From: Mobula hypostoma
Lineage: Eukaryota
Reading direction: 5' to 3'
NCBI RefSeq assembly: GCF_963921235.1
Contig: NC_086097.1
Coordinates: 150,662,001 to 150,726,000 of the forward strand
Length of the DNA stretch: 64,000 bases
Notes under the pieces: generated by a model
What the model was told of the DNA's origin: nothing
Database searches by the model: none
The model's input: the letters and a program-made list of their open reading frames with translations, nothing else
Made by a program: the position numbers and the translations under genes
In this document: positions 25,271 through 39,109 of the stretch, piece after piece
How positions within the stretch are numbered: the first letter of the stretch is position 1
How the letters are laid out: the number at the start of each line of letters is the position of its first letter

Positions 25271-26289
25271 AAAGAGAAAATATTTTTCTATAATTTCCTT
25301 TAATTAATTAATTATTGAGTTACGTGCGGTGAGCTTTCAGTTGTTGATTGATGTACAAGTTATCGCAGCACACCCTGAAGTGTGTATTATATACTGAAAT
25401 TCTCAATTGTTGAATTCTCTCTGCTGCTTGATGTGTAATATTCTCTGGTGTTGTGTATAATCCCAGTGTATTGTAAATCTACATTAGCATATATTGTTGT
25501 TCAGTGACATTTGCTGAGCATTCTCTTACTCTATGGTGACTACTCTGTCATAGGGATGGAAGTTTAAAAGTTCGCATAACTCTGCCAAGTAAATCATTTG
25601 AAGTACACAGATTTCCGAAGTTCATTTTCCGCACATGTCATATTTACTGTGAACTGTAAAGAAATATCTCACATTAATCTTAAGTCATATCCGCTGGTAA
25701 AAGAATGGTTATTGAAACTGCAGAGATGAGGTTTCAAAACATTTATACAAAATAAGGAGTTGTTTTCATCTTTGGATCCTTAAGGTGCTGTTAATGTTAG
25801 CTTTATTTCGTATGAGCTCAGTCCCTAAGTGCAAATATTAGACACTGCTCTATGGCTGATCCCTTCCTGGCCTTTTATTTCACAACTGTCGGAAAACCAA
25901 CTCCCCACATTCTTAATTTCCTCTCTATAGTATGCCAAATCCTTCTCTCGATACAGATTTACATCTGTTGCCACCCTTTTTACCTCAACTAACTAGCAAT
26001 GGTATATTTGTGAATGTATTAGTTAACCAATTTTTGTCAGCTAATCCCTGTCATAACTTAACCTAACATGAAGTTGTTGCCATGGGTCACAGGAGTCACA
26101 CCACAGGGTTTTTACCAACATGGATGTAACAAATTATTACAGCACACAGTAGGATGTGAATCTAAATCCTGAAATTCTTCTTACTTTGGTGACACAGATT
26201 TCATGTTTAAAAATTTTTTTATGGTATGAATATGATTATCTTCTTGCTGGCTCCATTGCTTCTATTTATCTATCTATCTAGCTATCCAC

Positions 26290-26552
26290 TTATTTACTTA
26301 TTTATTTAGAGATGCAACATGCTAACAGGCCCTTCCAGGCCATGAGCCCATGCTGCGCCAATTACACCCATTTAACCAATTATCCTACGAATCCATACAT
26401 CTTTGGAATGTGGGAGGAAACCAGACTACCTGGAGAAGACAAAACACAGTCAGCGAGAGAGTATACAAACTCCTTACAGACAGGGGCAGGAATTGAACCC
26501 AAGTCACTGGGGCTGTAAATAGAATTTCCCTGACTGCTACGCTACCATGCCT
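26290..26552 (-). mobile_element. tRNA-derived V-SINE-like element
   Basis: B box GGGTTCAATTCC on the minus strand; V-domain-like GGTTTCCTCCCACATTCCAAAGA. Confidence 0.7.
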
Positions 26553-26699
26553 TTCCCTCTGATTCGATAGATCATAAGAATTTACAGCAGAGATAGGAGC
26601 TATTTATCTCTGTTCAATCTGAGCCAAAATGGAATAGCTTTGCTAGTGATTTTTGTTCCCTCAGCTTTTTAATCTAACCACTAATTAACATAAATCTAG

Positions 26700-27702
26700 C
26701 TATTATTACTGGTTTATTATTGTCACATGCACCAAGATGCAGTGAAAAACTTAGATTGCGTGCCACACAGACAGATTATTCCATACACATTTACCTTGAG
26801 GTAGTAAAAACATGCAAAATGTAGCATTAAAGTTACAGAGAAAGTGTAGTGTACATAGACGACTGAAGTGCAGGGCCATGACAAGGTAAATCAGGAGACA
26901 AATTCCTCTTTTAGTGTATGAGAGGTCTGCTGTGTATTTTAACAGTGGCATAGTAGCTGTCCTTCAGTCTGCTCGTTCATGTCTCAGCTCTTTGTATCTT
27001 CTGCCTGATAGAGTGGAGAAGAGAGAATGATTGGGGTGGGAGAGATCTTTGATTATGTTAGCTACCTTCCCAATGCAGTGGGAGATCTAGGCAGTCGATG
27101 GAGGGGAAGTTAGTTTGTAAGATGGGCTGGGTTGTGTTCAGAACTCTGCATTTTTTTGTGGTCTTAAAGAAATAGGATGCTTTCTACAGTGCATCTATAA
27201 AAATTAGAAACATCAGGGACATGTTAAATATTCTTTGCCTTCTGAGAAGCTGGAGGCATTGGTGATTTTTTTTTTGTCCATAGCATCCATGTGGCTCTAC
27301 CAGGACAAATTGCTGGTGATATTTACACCTTGGAATTGGAAGCTCTCATCCATCTCCTTCTCAGCACCATTGATTATTCTGGGCATGTGTTCCACCCCAC
27401 TTCCTAGTCAATGAGCAATTCCTTTGTTTTGTTGACAGTGAGAGGAAGTTGGTTGTCTTAACTCCATGCCACTAGACTCTCTACCTCCTTCCTGTGTTTT
27501 GGCTCATTGTTTGAGATCAGTGCACTAGGGTGGTGTCATCCACAAACTTATAAATGGAATTAGAGTGGAATTCGGCCACATAGCCATGAATGTATAAGGA
27601 ATATATTAAGGCCAGAGGATGTAGCCTTGTGAGACACCAATGTTAACAGCAATTGTGGTGGAATTGTTCCCCATCTTTGCTAATTGTGGCCTGTTGGTCA
27701 GG
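26700..27702 (-). mobile_element. Degraded Rex1/Babar-like LINE (continues 30457-30750)
   Basis: Degenerate RT coding (KFVDD near 27540) and 3' UTR; split by a CR1 insertion. Confidence 0.6.
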
Positions 27703-30456
27703 AATGATGTTATAGCAATTGGTGAAACTTGGCTACAGGAGGGGCAGGACTGGCAGCTTAATATTCCAGGGTTCCGATGTTTCAGATGTGATAGAGGCAG
27801 AGGAAACAGCAGTGCTCAGGCAGGACAGATTAGAGGGCTTGTCTACTGAGTCCTTATGGGTGGAGCTGAGAAACAGGAAAGGTATGGCCACATTAGTGGG
27901 GTTGTATTATAGACCACCCAATAGTCAGTGAGAATTGGAGGAGCAAATCTACAGAGATATAGCAGGCAACTGCAGGAAACATAAAGTTGTGGTGGTAGGG
28001 GATTTTAATTTTCCATATATTGATTGGGACTCCAATACTGTTAGGGGTCTAGATGGTTTAGAGTTTGTAAAATGTGTTCAGAAAAGTTTTCTAAATCAAT
28101 ATATAGAGATACGAACTAGAGGGGATGCAATATTGGATCTCCTGTTAGGAAACGAGTTAGGACAAGTGACGGAAGTGTGTGTAGGGGAGCCCTTTGGTTC
28201 CAGTGATCATAACACCATTAGTTTCAACTTGATCATGGACAACGATAGATCTGGTCCTAGGGTTGAGGTTCTGAACTAGAAGAAGGCCAAATTTGAAGAA
28301 ATGAGAAAGGATCTAAAAAATGTGGATTGGGAAAGGTTGTTCTCTGGCAAGGATGTGATTGGTAAGTGGGAAGCCTTCAAAGGAGAAATTTTGAGAGTGC
28401 AGAGTTTGTATGTTCCTGTCAGGATTAAAGGCAAAGTAAATAGGAATAAGGAACCTTGGTTCTCAAGGGATATTGCAACTCTGATAAAGAAGAAGAGGGA
28501 GTTGTATGACATGTATAGGAAACAGGGAGTAAATAGGGTGCTTGAGGAATATAAAAAGTGCAAGAAAATACTTAAGAAAGAAATCAGGAGGGCTAAAAGA
28601 AGACATAAGGTTGCCTTGACAGTCAAAGTGAAGGATAATCCAAAGAGCTTTTACAGATATATTAAGAGTAAAAGGATTGTAAGGGATAAAATTGGTCCTC
28701 TTGAAGATCAGAGTGGTTGACTATGTGCGAGACCAAAAGAAATGGGGGAGATCTTAAATGTTTTTTTTTGCGTCTGTATTTACTAAGGAAATTGGCCTGA
28801 AGTCTATGGAATTAAGGGAAACAAGTAGTGAGATCGTGGAAACTGTACAGATTGAAAAAGAGGAGGTGCTTGCTATCTTGAGGCAAATTAAAGTGGATAA
28901 ATCCCCAGGACCCGACAGGGTATTCCCTCGGACCTTGAAGGAGACTGCTGTTGAAATTGCAGGGTCCCTGGCAGATATATTTAAAATGTCAGTGTCTACA
29001 GGTGAGGTGCCGGAGGATTGCAGAGTAGCTTATGTTGTTCAAAAAAGGATCAAAAAGTAATCCGGGAAATTATAGGCCGGTAAGTTTGACGTTGGTAGTG
29101 GGTAAGTTATTGGAGGGAGTACTAAGAGACAGAATCTACAAGCATCTGGATAGACAGGGACTTATTAGGGAGAGTCAACATGGCTTTGTGCGTGGTAGGT
29201 CATGTTTGACCAATCTGTTGGACTTTTTTGAGGAGGTTACCAGGAAAGTGGATGAAGGAAAGGCAGTGGATGTTGTCTACATGGACTTCAGTAAGGCCTT
29301 TGACAAGGTCTCGCATGGGAGCTTAGTTAGGAAAATTCAGTCGCTAGGTATATAAGGAGAGGTGGTGAATTGGATTAGACATTGGCTCAATAGAGGAAGC
29401 CAAAGGGTGGTAGCAGAGAATTGCTTCTCAGAGTGGAGGCCTGTGACTAGTGGTGTGCCACAGGGATCAGTGCTGCGTCCATTGTTATTTGTCGTCTATA
29501 TCAATGATCTGGATGATAATGTGGTAAATTGAATCAGCAGATTTGCTGATGATACAGATTGGAGGTGTAGTGGACAGTGAGGAAGGTTTTCAGAGCCTGC
29601 AGAGGGACTTGGACCAGCTGGGAAAATGGGCTGAAAAATGGCAGATGGAGTTTAATACAGACAAGTGTGAGGTATTGCACTTTGGAAGGACAAACCAAGG
29701 TAGAACATACAAGGTAAATGGTAAGGCACTGAGGAATGCAGTAGAACAGAGGGATCTGGGAATACAGATACAAAATTCCCTAAAAGTGGCGTCACAGCTA
29801 GATAGGGTCGTAAAGAGAGCTTTTGGTACATTGGCCTTTATAAATCAAAGTGTTGAGTTTCAGAGTTGGAATGTTATGATGAGGTTGTATAAGGCATTGG
29901 TGAGGCCAAATCTGGAGTATTGTGTTTCAGTTTTGGTCACCAAATTACAGGAAGGATATAAATAAGGTTGAAAGAGTGCAGAGAAGGTTTACAAGGATGT
30001 TGCCGGGACCTGAGAAACTGAGTTACAGAGAAAGGTTGAATAGGTTAGGACTTTATTCCCTGGAGCGTAGAAGAATGAGGGGAAATTTGATAGAGGTATA
30101 TAAAATTATGATGGGTATAGATAGAGTGAATGCAAGCAGGCTTTTTCCACTGAGGCAAGGGGAGAAAAAAACCAGAGGACATGGGTGAAGGGTGAAGGGG
30201 GAAAAGTTTAAAAGGAACACTAGTGGGGGCTTCCTCACACAGAGAGTGGTGGGAGTATGGAATGAGCTGCCAGACGAGGTGGTAAATGTGGGTTCTTTTT
30301 TAACATTTAAGAATAAATTGGACAGATACATGGATGGGAGGTGTATGGAGGGATATGGTCCGTGTGCAGGTCAGTGGGACTAGGCAGAAAATAGTTCGAC
30401 ATAGCCAAGAAGGGCCAAAAGGCCTGTTTCTGTGCTGTAGTTTTTCTATGGTTCTA
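27703..30456 (+). mobile_element. CR1 LINE, subfamily A, 5'-truncated
   Basis: Closely similar to 700-3466; endonuclease and RT motifs; 3' end TTCTATGG-TTCTA. Confidence 0.95.
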
Positions 30457-32861
30457 ATTCATAAGGTTGGTGCAGTGTCCTCAGAATTTGTTTATTGGGA
30501 GTAATGTTGTTGAAGCAGAGCTGTAGTCTACAAATATGAGTCTCTGTTAGGTGTCTCTGTTATCCAGATGTCCCAGACGTGAGTGTAGGGCCAAGGAGAT
30601 GGTGTCAACCTTGGAGTAGGCAAATTGCAGTGGGTCAAAGTTGTTTGGAAAGCTGGATTTGATATGTGCCATGATCAGATTCTTAAAGCACTTTGTGATG
30701 GTGGATGTCAGAGCCACTGAGTGGTAGTCATAAAGGCATGTTCCCTTGTTTAATTCCTGATCTCTCTAACAAGGGAAATATGTCCTTCTTTTTCACCGTT
30801 ACTCAGCCTGCTTTCATTTTATGTATTTCACGGTCTTTGTTCTAAAGAAAGTTCTGCAGCTTAATTAGTCTCTCAGAAATATAATTCTTCAGCCACCTCC
30901 TTTATAGATCTCCCTACACCCCCTCTAGCATGATCATATGCAGTGGGGTGGTATTTATTTATTTAGCAATACAAATCAGAATAGGCCCTTTGAGGCACAA
31001 GGCTCAGCAACCTCCGACAATCCCAGTTAACCCTAACCCAGTGTTCCCCAACCTTTTTTAGCCCAATGACCCCCTAAAGCACCTTTATACTTGTCAACGC
31101 CGCTCTCAGGCACAGTATACTTTCCAGCGCCCCCGTAGTGTAAAAATATGTCCAACATAGGCTCACATACAGTTTCTCAACCGGGGTTCCATGAGAGACC
31201 GTGATTAAAACAATATCACTTCCTGAACTTGGCACAATGTGCGATGTTAGCACTCGTAGTGGAGGGCAGTGACCAAGCAGCTCCGTTAACAATCTTGTTG
31301 GAGGTGTCTTAGCCCAGTATGGCTGTGCACAGTAGAACTGTATTTATTTGGTTAAGTTCATTCTCAGTTTTTGATGCTAGGGAAGGCCGTGGATAATTGG
31401 TGAGCCCTGTATTGTACGTTAGGCTGATAAGGAGCATGGTGTGTTTTCTGAGCATTGGATGGACTCGCCCAACTTGGGCTGTGATGTTAGCCTCTCCCTC
31501 CCAAATTATTTCCTCCAAGTTCCCCTTACACGCTACCAGCTGATGTATGAGAGTGAACAAACTAGACCAGTGTAGTAGAAAATTGAAAGGAAATCTTCAT
31601 TCTAAAGAAGGATTTTTTACGTGCCGGGACTGAGCTGCTGGCCTGCTGATTTGCTATTGTTGCAAACATTGCAAAAGGTGGATTGTGTAGGTTAGAAGTG
31701 AGTTGTATTGTGAAGTTTTCGTATTTTTTGCAGTTTTCTCGTTAAATTATTTAGTCTGCCGTTCTTTATATTTTAGCAACCCGTGTTTTGCAAACATGTC
31801 TGACCATGCAGTGTGGCGGTATTTGAAGAGGTGTGAGAAGGAGGAGGAGGAATCTAGGCCCAGGCCTATGGACAATTCTGATAAGGTTAATGATGAAGAA
31901 TTGCAATCTTCTGAGTCATTTCACTGCACTAGTGCAACAACAGACACACAAAAAAAAAATCCATCTTTACAATGAAAGCTTCTTATCAATGAGTTTTACG
32001 TGGACTGATGATCCAAGTTGTCCTATTCCTTTATGCCTAGTCTGGCAAACAACTTAATGATGCAGCAATGGCTCCAGCAAAATTGAAAAGGCACTTAACT
32101 ACAAATCACAGCCATATGACATGTAAAGTGATGATTATTTTAAACGACCATTGGAATCACAAAACAGAGTAAAGCTTCTGTTTATAAAGTCAGTCAGTAA
32201 AAAGAACCAGAAAGCAAGTTATTTAGTAGCAGAACTTAGTCCCCGTAAAAGGAAAAGTCACACTGTTGGTGAGAACCTAATAATGCCAGTATGTAAAATT
32301 ATAGTGGGCAAAATGCTAGGACAAGATGCAGTACGAGAAATTGAAAAGGTTTCACTCTCAAAACAGTATGAAATTGATGACGTCACATGATACAGAAGAG
32401 GTTTCGTGTGATAAACTGATAAACATCAGCTTCTCCATCCAAGTTGAGTCAACAAATTTCACCAATGAATGTCATTTGTAAGTGATAGTGAAATTCAAGA
32501 AAACATTTTCTGTTGCAAAGAGCTGCCCCAAATAAGACTAAGATATATTTAATGTTTTGTCTTCATATCTGGAAACAAAAGGTTTGTCTTGGAGGAACTG
32601 TGTTGGCATCTGTACTGATGGTGCTCCGTCAGTGGTTGGCTACATGAGAGGTTTCATTTCTCTGTGAAAAAAGAAAATCCTGACGTTGTCACAACACACT
32701 GCTTTCTTTGCAGAGAAGAGCTGATGTAAAAAACTTGGATATAAAATGAAAAACGTTCTGGATGAATGTTTAAAAAAGCTCTGAAAACCTGGACATGAGC
32801 ACACCAATCTCCTACCACATACAGAAATCTGGTAGTTTAGCAAAGGAAGAGTTCTCAACGG

Positions 32862-33002
32862 AAACAACAGGAATTCTGCAGATGCTGGAAATTCAAGCAA
32901 CATACATCAAAGTTGCTGGTGAACGCAGCAGGCCAAGCAGCATCTATAGGAAGAGGCGCAGTCGACGTTTCAGGCCGAGACCCTTCGTCAGGACTCAACG
33001 TC
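32862..33002 (-). mobile_element. Short PLE terminus (hammerhead, 3' module and tail)
   Basis: TSD AGTTCTCAACGG at 32850-32861 and 33003-33014; matches 14838-14971 in reverse. Confidence 0.9.
32960..32995 (-). ncRNA. Minimal type-I hammerhead ribozyme
   Basis: AGTC-CTGACGA-AGGGTCTCGGCCT-GAAA-C-GTC^GACT. Confidence 0.85.
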
Positions 33003-34964
33003 AGTTCTCAACGGGGTGTTTTGAGCTGAAAAGTGAATTGCAGGAGAACTTTCAAGAAAATTATAGGCCAGATTTTGCTGAGTGATTTTAAAGTGAAGAA
33101 TGGCTGCAGAAATACCCTACTTAGCAGACGTTTTTCGTCATATAAACAAGTGACAAGATTCTTGGATTTAAAAAGAAATTGAATCTTTGGGAAAATCATA
33201 TTGCAAAAGGAAATTTTGAAATGGTTCCACTGTTGCTTGGGCTTGAGACTGAGGAAAGATATCAGAAAGTCTCGAATCTTATTGCAAACCACCTGGAAGA
33301 ACTGCAGAACAAAATTGACAGTAGTTTTCCTCCCTTTCAACACAAGTGTATGACTAGCAAAGGGATCCTTTTTCTGAATCACCTGCTCAACCTGAGGACT
33401 TAACTTTGAGAGAAGGGAAAGAACTTAGTGTGCTACGCACTGATCATGCACTGAAGATTCACTGATCTGTCCCTGGACAAGTTCCGGATTTCTGCGAAAG
33501 AAGAGTATCCTGCTACTCATAGGAAAGCAACCAACATTTTGCTTCAGTGCTAAACCTATATTTGAGCCTGATCATGTCACTGAGTAAGAAAATGCTTTTC
33601 AAAGACGTGTATAAAATTGTGCCTTAAAGCTATATTTTTATTTATATTGCCTTGGCTTATGGTTTTTAGTAACTTTACTATACAACATTGTCAGTAAATT
33701 TTCATGTTGTAACTATTAATCAGTTTACAATTTTTATTTAAATTACATCTTCCGAACCTACCTTTAAGAAAATTAAACCCCATTTTGGTTTAAGCCAGTT
33801 GCTTAACAGATTTTTTTTAATGTTTGTCTTATGAGTTTTAAAAAATTATGAAAGGGAAAGAAAAAGATTAATTTCAAGAAAGCTTAACTACCTGTTTTTT
33901 TCAAGAAAGGTTGGCTAAAAATTTATTCTCTACTCAAAAGAGCATTGACAATTATTTTTGGATTATTATATCTACAACTTACTGATCACACTAACATACT
34001 GTGAGCTGTAGATATAATTTTTATGCAGGGATTCCCTGAGACCCGAAAATTATTTCAAGGGTTCCTCCAGGGCAAAAAGGTTGAGAAAAGCTGTGCTAAT
34101 ATGAGAAAAATTATTCTGCTTTAAATGTTTATTTGACTTTAAACCTAGCTTAAACGGTACAGCAGCTTCAGTATCAATGTGGTTTTTAGCAAGAGTTGAA
34201 ATATGTGATTCAAGTTGTGACAGCAAAAGCCTTGATTCCCTATGTGTAACAATGCCCAAGTGGGTTCTGTTTTTTTGTGAGTATGTAGTTCACTGCACTG
34301 AAGCCTCTTTCAAGAAGGTAGAAGGATGGAAATGCAATGAAGAGCAGTTAGGCTCTTCTCCAAAGACCGGGAAACTTTGTATGACAGTGTAGCCACATAC
34401 CACAAAACCAACATTTTTGAAAAGTATTTTTGCTCCTTCATCAATCTGAATTTTGTTAATTACTTCTTACAAGCTCTCTTCCTGTTCTTCCACCTTGCAA
34501 AAAAATGGTTTAATTCCCCAGTCCAGAATTTCCAGATCGTTCAAATCCTTGAATAGGTTCTGAAAATCCGCTTCAGTGACTGCAGGTGTAAACAGTACTC
34601 TTGCAACTCACCCCCTGTGAAAGAGAGTGCCATACTTTCTGTGCAGGGAAACACTGAGAACATTCTTCTCCCAATGTTTTACTTATATATTTCTAATTTT
34701 CTGATAAAAGTTGACACTGCACTTTTTGCCTGGATTAAATTGAAATTCTCACCCTACAGTTTCAAATTTAGGATGTTCATTTTGTCATACAGATTGGCTG
34801 GGTGTGCCACATCTCCACGTAAAAGTTCAATCTTGTTTCCTAAACTCTTGTTGACTTTGAGCAAAAATCCAACCACGGTGTCAAAAAGATCAAAGAAACG
34901 TTTTAAGCAGCAGCCTTTCAACAGCCAACGCACTTCAATGTGAAGAAGCAAGCGTTCAATCTCT

Positions 34965-35320
34965 TGTTACATACCTCGTGGGTATCTTGTGACTGTCTTA
35001 TGACCATGACCTAATTGAGTATCTAGTGAGCATGATTTAATGGTCTTGTGATGGTGGGGGTGATGTAATTGTCCCACCAGTGTGAGGTTACGTGATGACA
35101 TGCAGGTATATAATGGGAAACCCCTGTTGTTACCATTTTAAGACTGTGGTCGAATTTACCACTTTAAGAACTGTTCCAGAGTTGTTGTATAGCAGTTAAC
35201 TTCCGGTTAAGTTATTCGTTTGAATGCTTTTTGCTATTGTTGAGCAGAGTTTAATAACTGTTTATGTTTGTTTATAAAACTTGACTCAATTATATATTTA
35301 TTGTTGCTGGACACGTGACA
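34965..35320. mobile_element. Solo LTR (356 bp)
   Basis: TGTTAC...GTGACA termini with 4-bp TSD CTCT. Removing it restores the hAT frame NDEEIERLLLHIEVRW. Confidence 0.85.
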
Positions 35321-36789
35321 CTCTTCATCGTTATCATGCATAACTAGATAAATATTCTGCTATTTAATGGAAGAGCTTTAATTTTGTTGATAGATATATA
35401 TTACTAGAGTCATGCTTCAAAAATGTTGCTGGCTGAGGTTTTTGGCTGCGAGATGTTGACAATGAATTGCAAACAGACTTGGAATAACTTTTTTCATAAA
35501 TGCCACTAAACCAGCATGGCGATTTGTCATATATGCTGCTCCATCTGTTGCACATGAAATTATGTTTCTAATCAGAATACTTTTATCCTCAATGTACATT
35601 TTTGTTGTAGATTGATTCGCCATTGATTTTTGTTTTTAACTTTTTAAAAAGAGAATCTCTTCATAAAGTTTTCCGTATTTGATAAACTTTGCATATGCCA
35701 TTAGCAATGCCCCATTGTCTCGCACAGTTGACTCATCCAGTTGTATCCTAAATTCTGCTTTTTGTAGCTCTGTACATAATTGATACTCAATGTCTTCACT
35801 CATTTTGTCCATACGTCGAGCTACAGAGTTATTATTCAGTGGAATTGATCTTAAAATACTGGTATCCGTTTTGAGCACAGTGGTGAGCACTTCTGATACA
35901 GCAGGCATTATTAATCTTTCACCAATAGTATGAGATTTCCACACTTTGCTATCACTTTGGAAATGTTATAAGAAGCAATGAGATCTGACGGGAATGGAAT
36001 AAAACCATACTCCAGGTATGTAACATTGCATCAATGCATCTTCTGTAGTTTCTGTTTCTTAGCAGGATTAGAATTCAAGCCTTCACCTTCAGACTCAGAG
36101 ATCACGGCGTACATATTTATCCATCATTAATGGAGCTAAATTAAAATAAAAAATTAACACAAACTGGGAATGTCTATTGGATGTTGACGACGACAGCAAG
36201 CTGACATGGATGGAACGATGATAGTGGCACACAAAGGAAAGGCGAAGATGAAGATGATTACACAGTGAGAATTACATTGACAAGGAATCTGAATGTCACT
36301 CAGGACAGAGCTGGTGTTTGGCAAGGTACCTTTATACTATTCCAATTAGCGCAATAGACCAATCATGTAAGGTCTCATAATCCCCAAAGATTGTTCATGA
36401 CCGCACATATAAAGCTGAGGTCACTTTGAACACCTCGAGGATTTCTCAGGGTCACTGATTAGCTCTATTTCATCATTTGGTTGCGGCCAGCTCTATATCA
36501 TTGCACAACCTGTTTTCCATAGATTTGCAGAGGAAGTTGAGAGAGAATACTTGATTTACCAACTGTTAAATTGCATGAACTTGTTCCATACCGCAAGACA
36601 AGAAAAACCATTGAGCATCCTGGTTGTTAATTTATGCATCCCCAATAATGTCTGGTTGGAAAGGTCCACAACCGCTCCACTATTTGCTCTGTCGCTCTGA
36701 TTCCCATCCCCTTGCAACAGTAGTCTAACCCACCTCACACACACCATGCATCACTAGCAAATCTTCCCATAACAATATTAATCCCCCTC

Positions 36790-37515
36790 CAGTTCAGGTG
36801 CAAATTATCCCTTCAGTACAGATCCCACCTTCCCTGGAAGAGAGTCCAATGATGAAAAACTCTGAAGCCCTCCTGCCTGCATCACCTGCTTAGCCATAAT
36901 ACTAAACTGTATTATCCTCTTTTTCTGGATTCACTAGCACATGGCACAGGTGGCATTACTAAGATCACAACCCTGGAGGTCCTGGCCTTTAACTTAGCAT
37001 CTGACTCCCTGAAATCACTTTGCAGGACCTTGGCACCCAACCTATTCATGTAGGTATTGATGACGACCACGGCCTCTGGCTTCTCACCCTCTCATTTAAA
37101 AATGCTCTGAAATCAACCTGTGATGTCCCTGACTCTGGCATCTTGGAGGCAACATACCATACTATCCCAGAATCTTGTTCTGGTCCAGAGGACCTCCTGC
37201 CTGACCCCCTAACCATTGAATCACCTATACTATAGTTGAGCTCTTCTCCCTCACCCCCATCTTCCCTTCCGAGCCACATGTTTTTTTCAGTACCCCAAAA
37301 TCTTATCCTTAGTAATGGACTCCACAACATCTTCCAAACCACTGAAGTCAGGCTTACTGGCCAATAATTTCCTGTCCTTTGCCTCCCTCACTTCTTGAAA
37401 AGCAGATGATATTTGCAATCTTCTAGTCCTCTGGAACTATTCCCAAATCTAATGATTCTTGAAAGATCACTACTAATGCCTCCAGAATCTCTTCAGCTAC
37501 CTCTTTCAGAACCCT
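36790..37515 (-). mobile_element. Old CR1 ORF1 and RT fragments
   Basis: IGDSMVRGSGRR esterase motif; YRPVSLT-like coding near 37350. Confidence 0.6.
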
Positions 37516-37519
37516 GAGA

Positions 37520-37840
37520 ATTGTGAAGGGTATAAATAGGGTAAACGCAAGCAGGCTTTTTCCACTGAGGTTGGGCCAGACTATAACCAGAAGTCATAGG
37601 CAAAGGTTGAAAGGTTATACATTTAAGGGGTACCTGAGGGGGAAGTTCTTCACTCAGAAGGTGATGCGAAAGTGGAGTGAGCTGCCAGCAGAAGTGGTGA
37701 ATGCTGAATTGACTGTAAAAGTTAAGAGAAGTTTGGATGAGAGTGGCATAGAGGACTATGTTCCAGGTGCAGGCCAATGAACTAGGCAGAATATTAGTTC
37801 AGCATGGAGTAGATGGGCTGAAGGGCCTTTTTCTGTGCTC
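37520..37840 (+). mobile_element. CR1 3' fragment
   Basis: KGINRVNASRLFP...FFTQKV...WSELP; 3' UTR with GAAGGGCC. Confidence 0.8.
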
Positions 37841-39109
37841 TTTAATCTCCTTGGGTTCATGATAGTTTACTATAAGATGTTTAAAACTATGATTGGTTTA
37901 TTTTCTGCTGGGAAACTGATCTTTAACCAGTGTTGATAAACAGAAGATAATCTCAAAAAGGTGGGGTGAGAATTTTTTTTACCAAATGCAGTGAGTTAAT
38001 GTGAGTTAGAATGCAATGTCTGAAATCTCAGAAACTTTTCCTGTGTACTGTGCTGCACCCTCTCTCCACCCACCGTAATGTCTGTTAAGGAATCAGAGGT
38101 GAGTAGCTATTGACCAACCTTGAGCATAAGTTTGTAGTTGTGCATTGTAGTTGATCTTAGACAACAGCCAGCAAATTCCAAAGTTGTAAGGTAGGTACAT
38201 TCTTAACCTTATAGTCGGGAGCATTCCAGGCTAGCTGTGATAAGATATGACAACTGCAAGTGGAGTGGCGTGGCATGGAATTGAATGGTGGAATACAGGT
38301 TCATCGCCCTAGAACACAGAATTTCTAATCTCATTTCTGCTGTTTTAGCTTTGAGGCCAGAAAATATGTACATCTAATTGTGTGAGCGGAGTCTGCAGGG
38401 AGGAGAATCTTCACAGACTTGCATATGATTTTAAAAGGATGATTATCACTTGCATACTATATAGCTGAAGAAGTGAAGGGAGGCAAACAATAAAAATAGT
38501 GTGAAACCTAAACACAAAGAAATTATGTAATCTGTTAGGCAGAGAAACATTTATACTTTCAGTGTCTGAATGCAGGCACTAAAATACTAAAAGTAGGGCA
38601 AATAGATTTCATAAAGATTTGGACGTATCCAGGAGTGAGGCACACAACATTAGCAGATTTAGATACATTTGAAAATAGAGGAATCTAAAGAGAAGATGAT
38701 TTAATTCACAAAAGACAAAAATTATAGCAAGATTCCTTAAGGAAAGAAAACTAGCTAAGAAAAATTGTAGGAGAAATGATCAGATAAGACAATGAGAAAC
38801 AATGGGAAACATTCAAACAGGATATAGACTTGAAGGATTAAGGGGGCGTGTCACAAATGCCGGAGCCATTTGGATGTATAAGTGAAATTATAATCAGACT
38901 TAAAATTAAGGCCAATAATACAAAGAAAACCTCTATAAGAGGTTTCTCAACATAAATAGCAGTAAGATTCTTATAGAAGAGATCAAGGAAAATTTAAAGA
39001 GAAGAAAAGATCACCCATGTTGGTCAAAAAAGAGCACCTTTGCCTTCCAGCGCTAGGTTCATATCCATGCTGGTCAGACCTCTTGCACGTGCACGTAATT
39101 TGTACCCCT

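Larger units (their letters stand above)
31168..34093 (+). mobile_element. Inner hAT (Buster/Charlie-type) transposon, degraded
   Basis: Ends CAGTTTCTCAACC and GGTTGAGAAAAGCTG. Plus-strand ASYLVAEL, KSHTVGENLIMP, GICTDGAP coding; TSD not clean. Confidence 0.8.
31039..36150 (-). mobile_element. Outer hAT (Buster/Charlie-type) transposon, degraded transposase
   Basis: TIR CAGTGTTCCCCAACC at 31039, preceded by CCCTAACC (nnnTAnnn). Minus-strand KSHTIGERLIMPA, IQLDEST, CATDGAA, AIHC, HIEVRWL within 34100-36100. Second TIR not found. Confidence 0.75.

Noticed and set aside
31700..36100. Domesticated hAT genes (ZBED5, SCAND3 or FAM200-like)
   Set aside because: Many stops and frameshifts, TIRs retained, and secondary insertions within the coding region.
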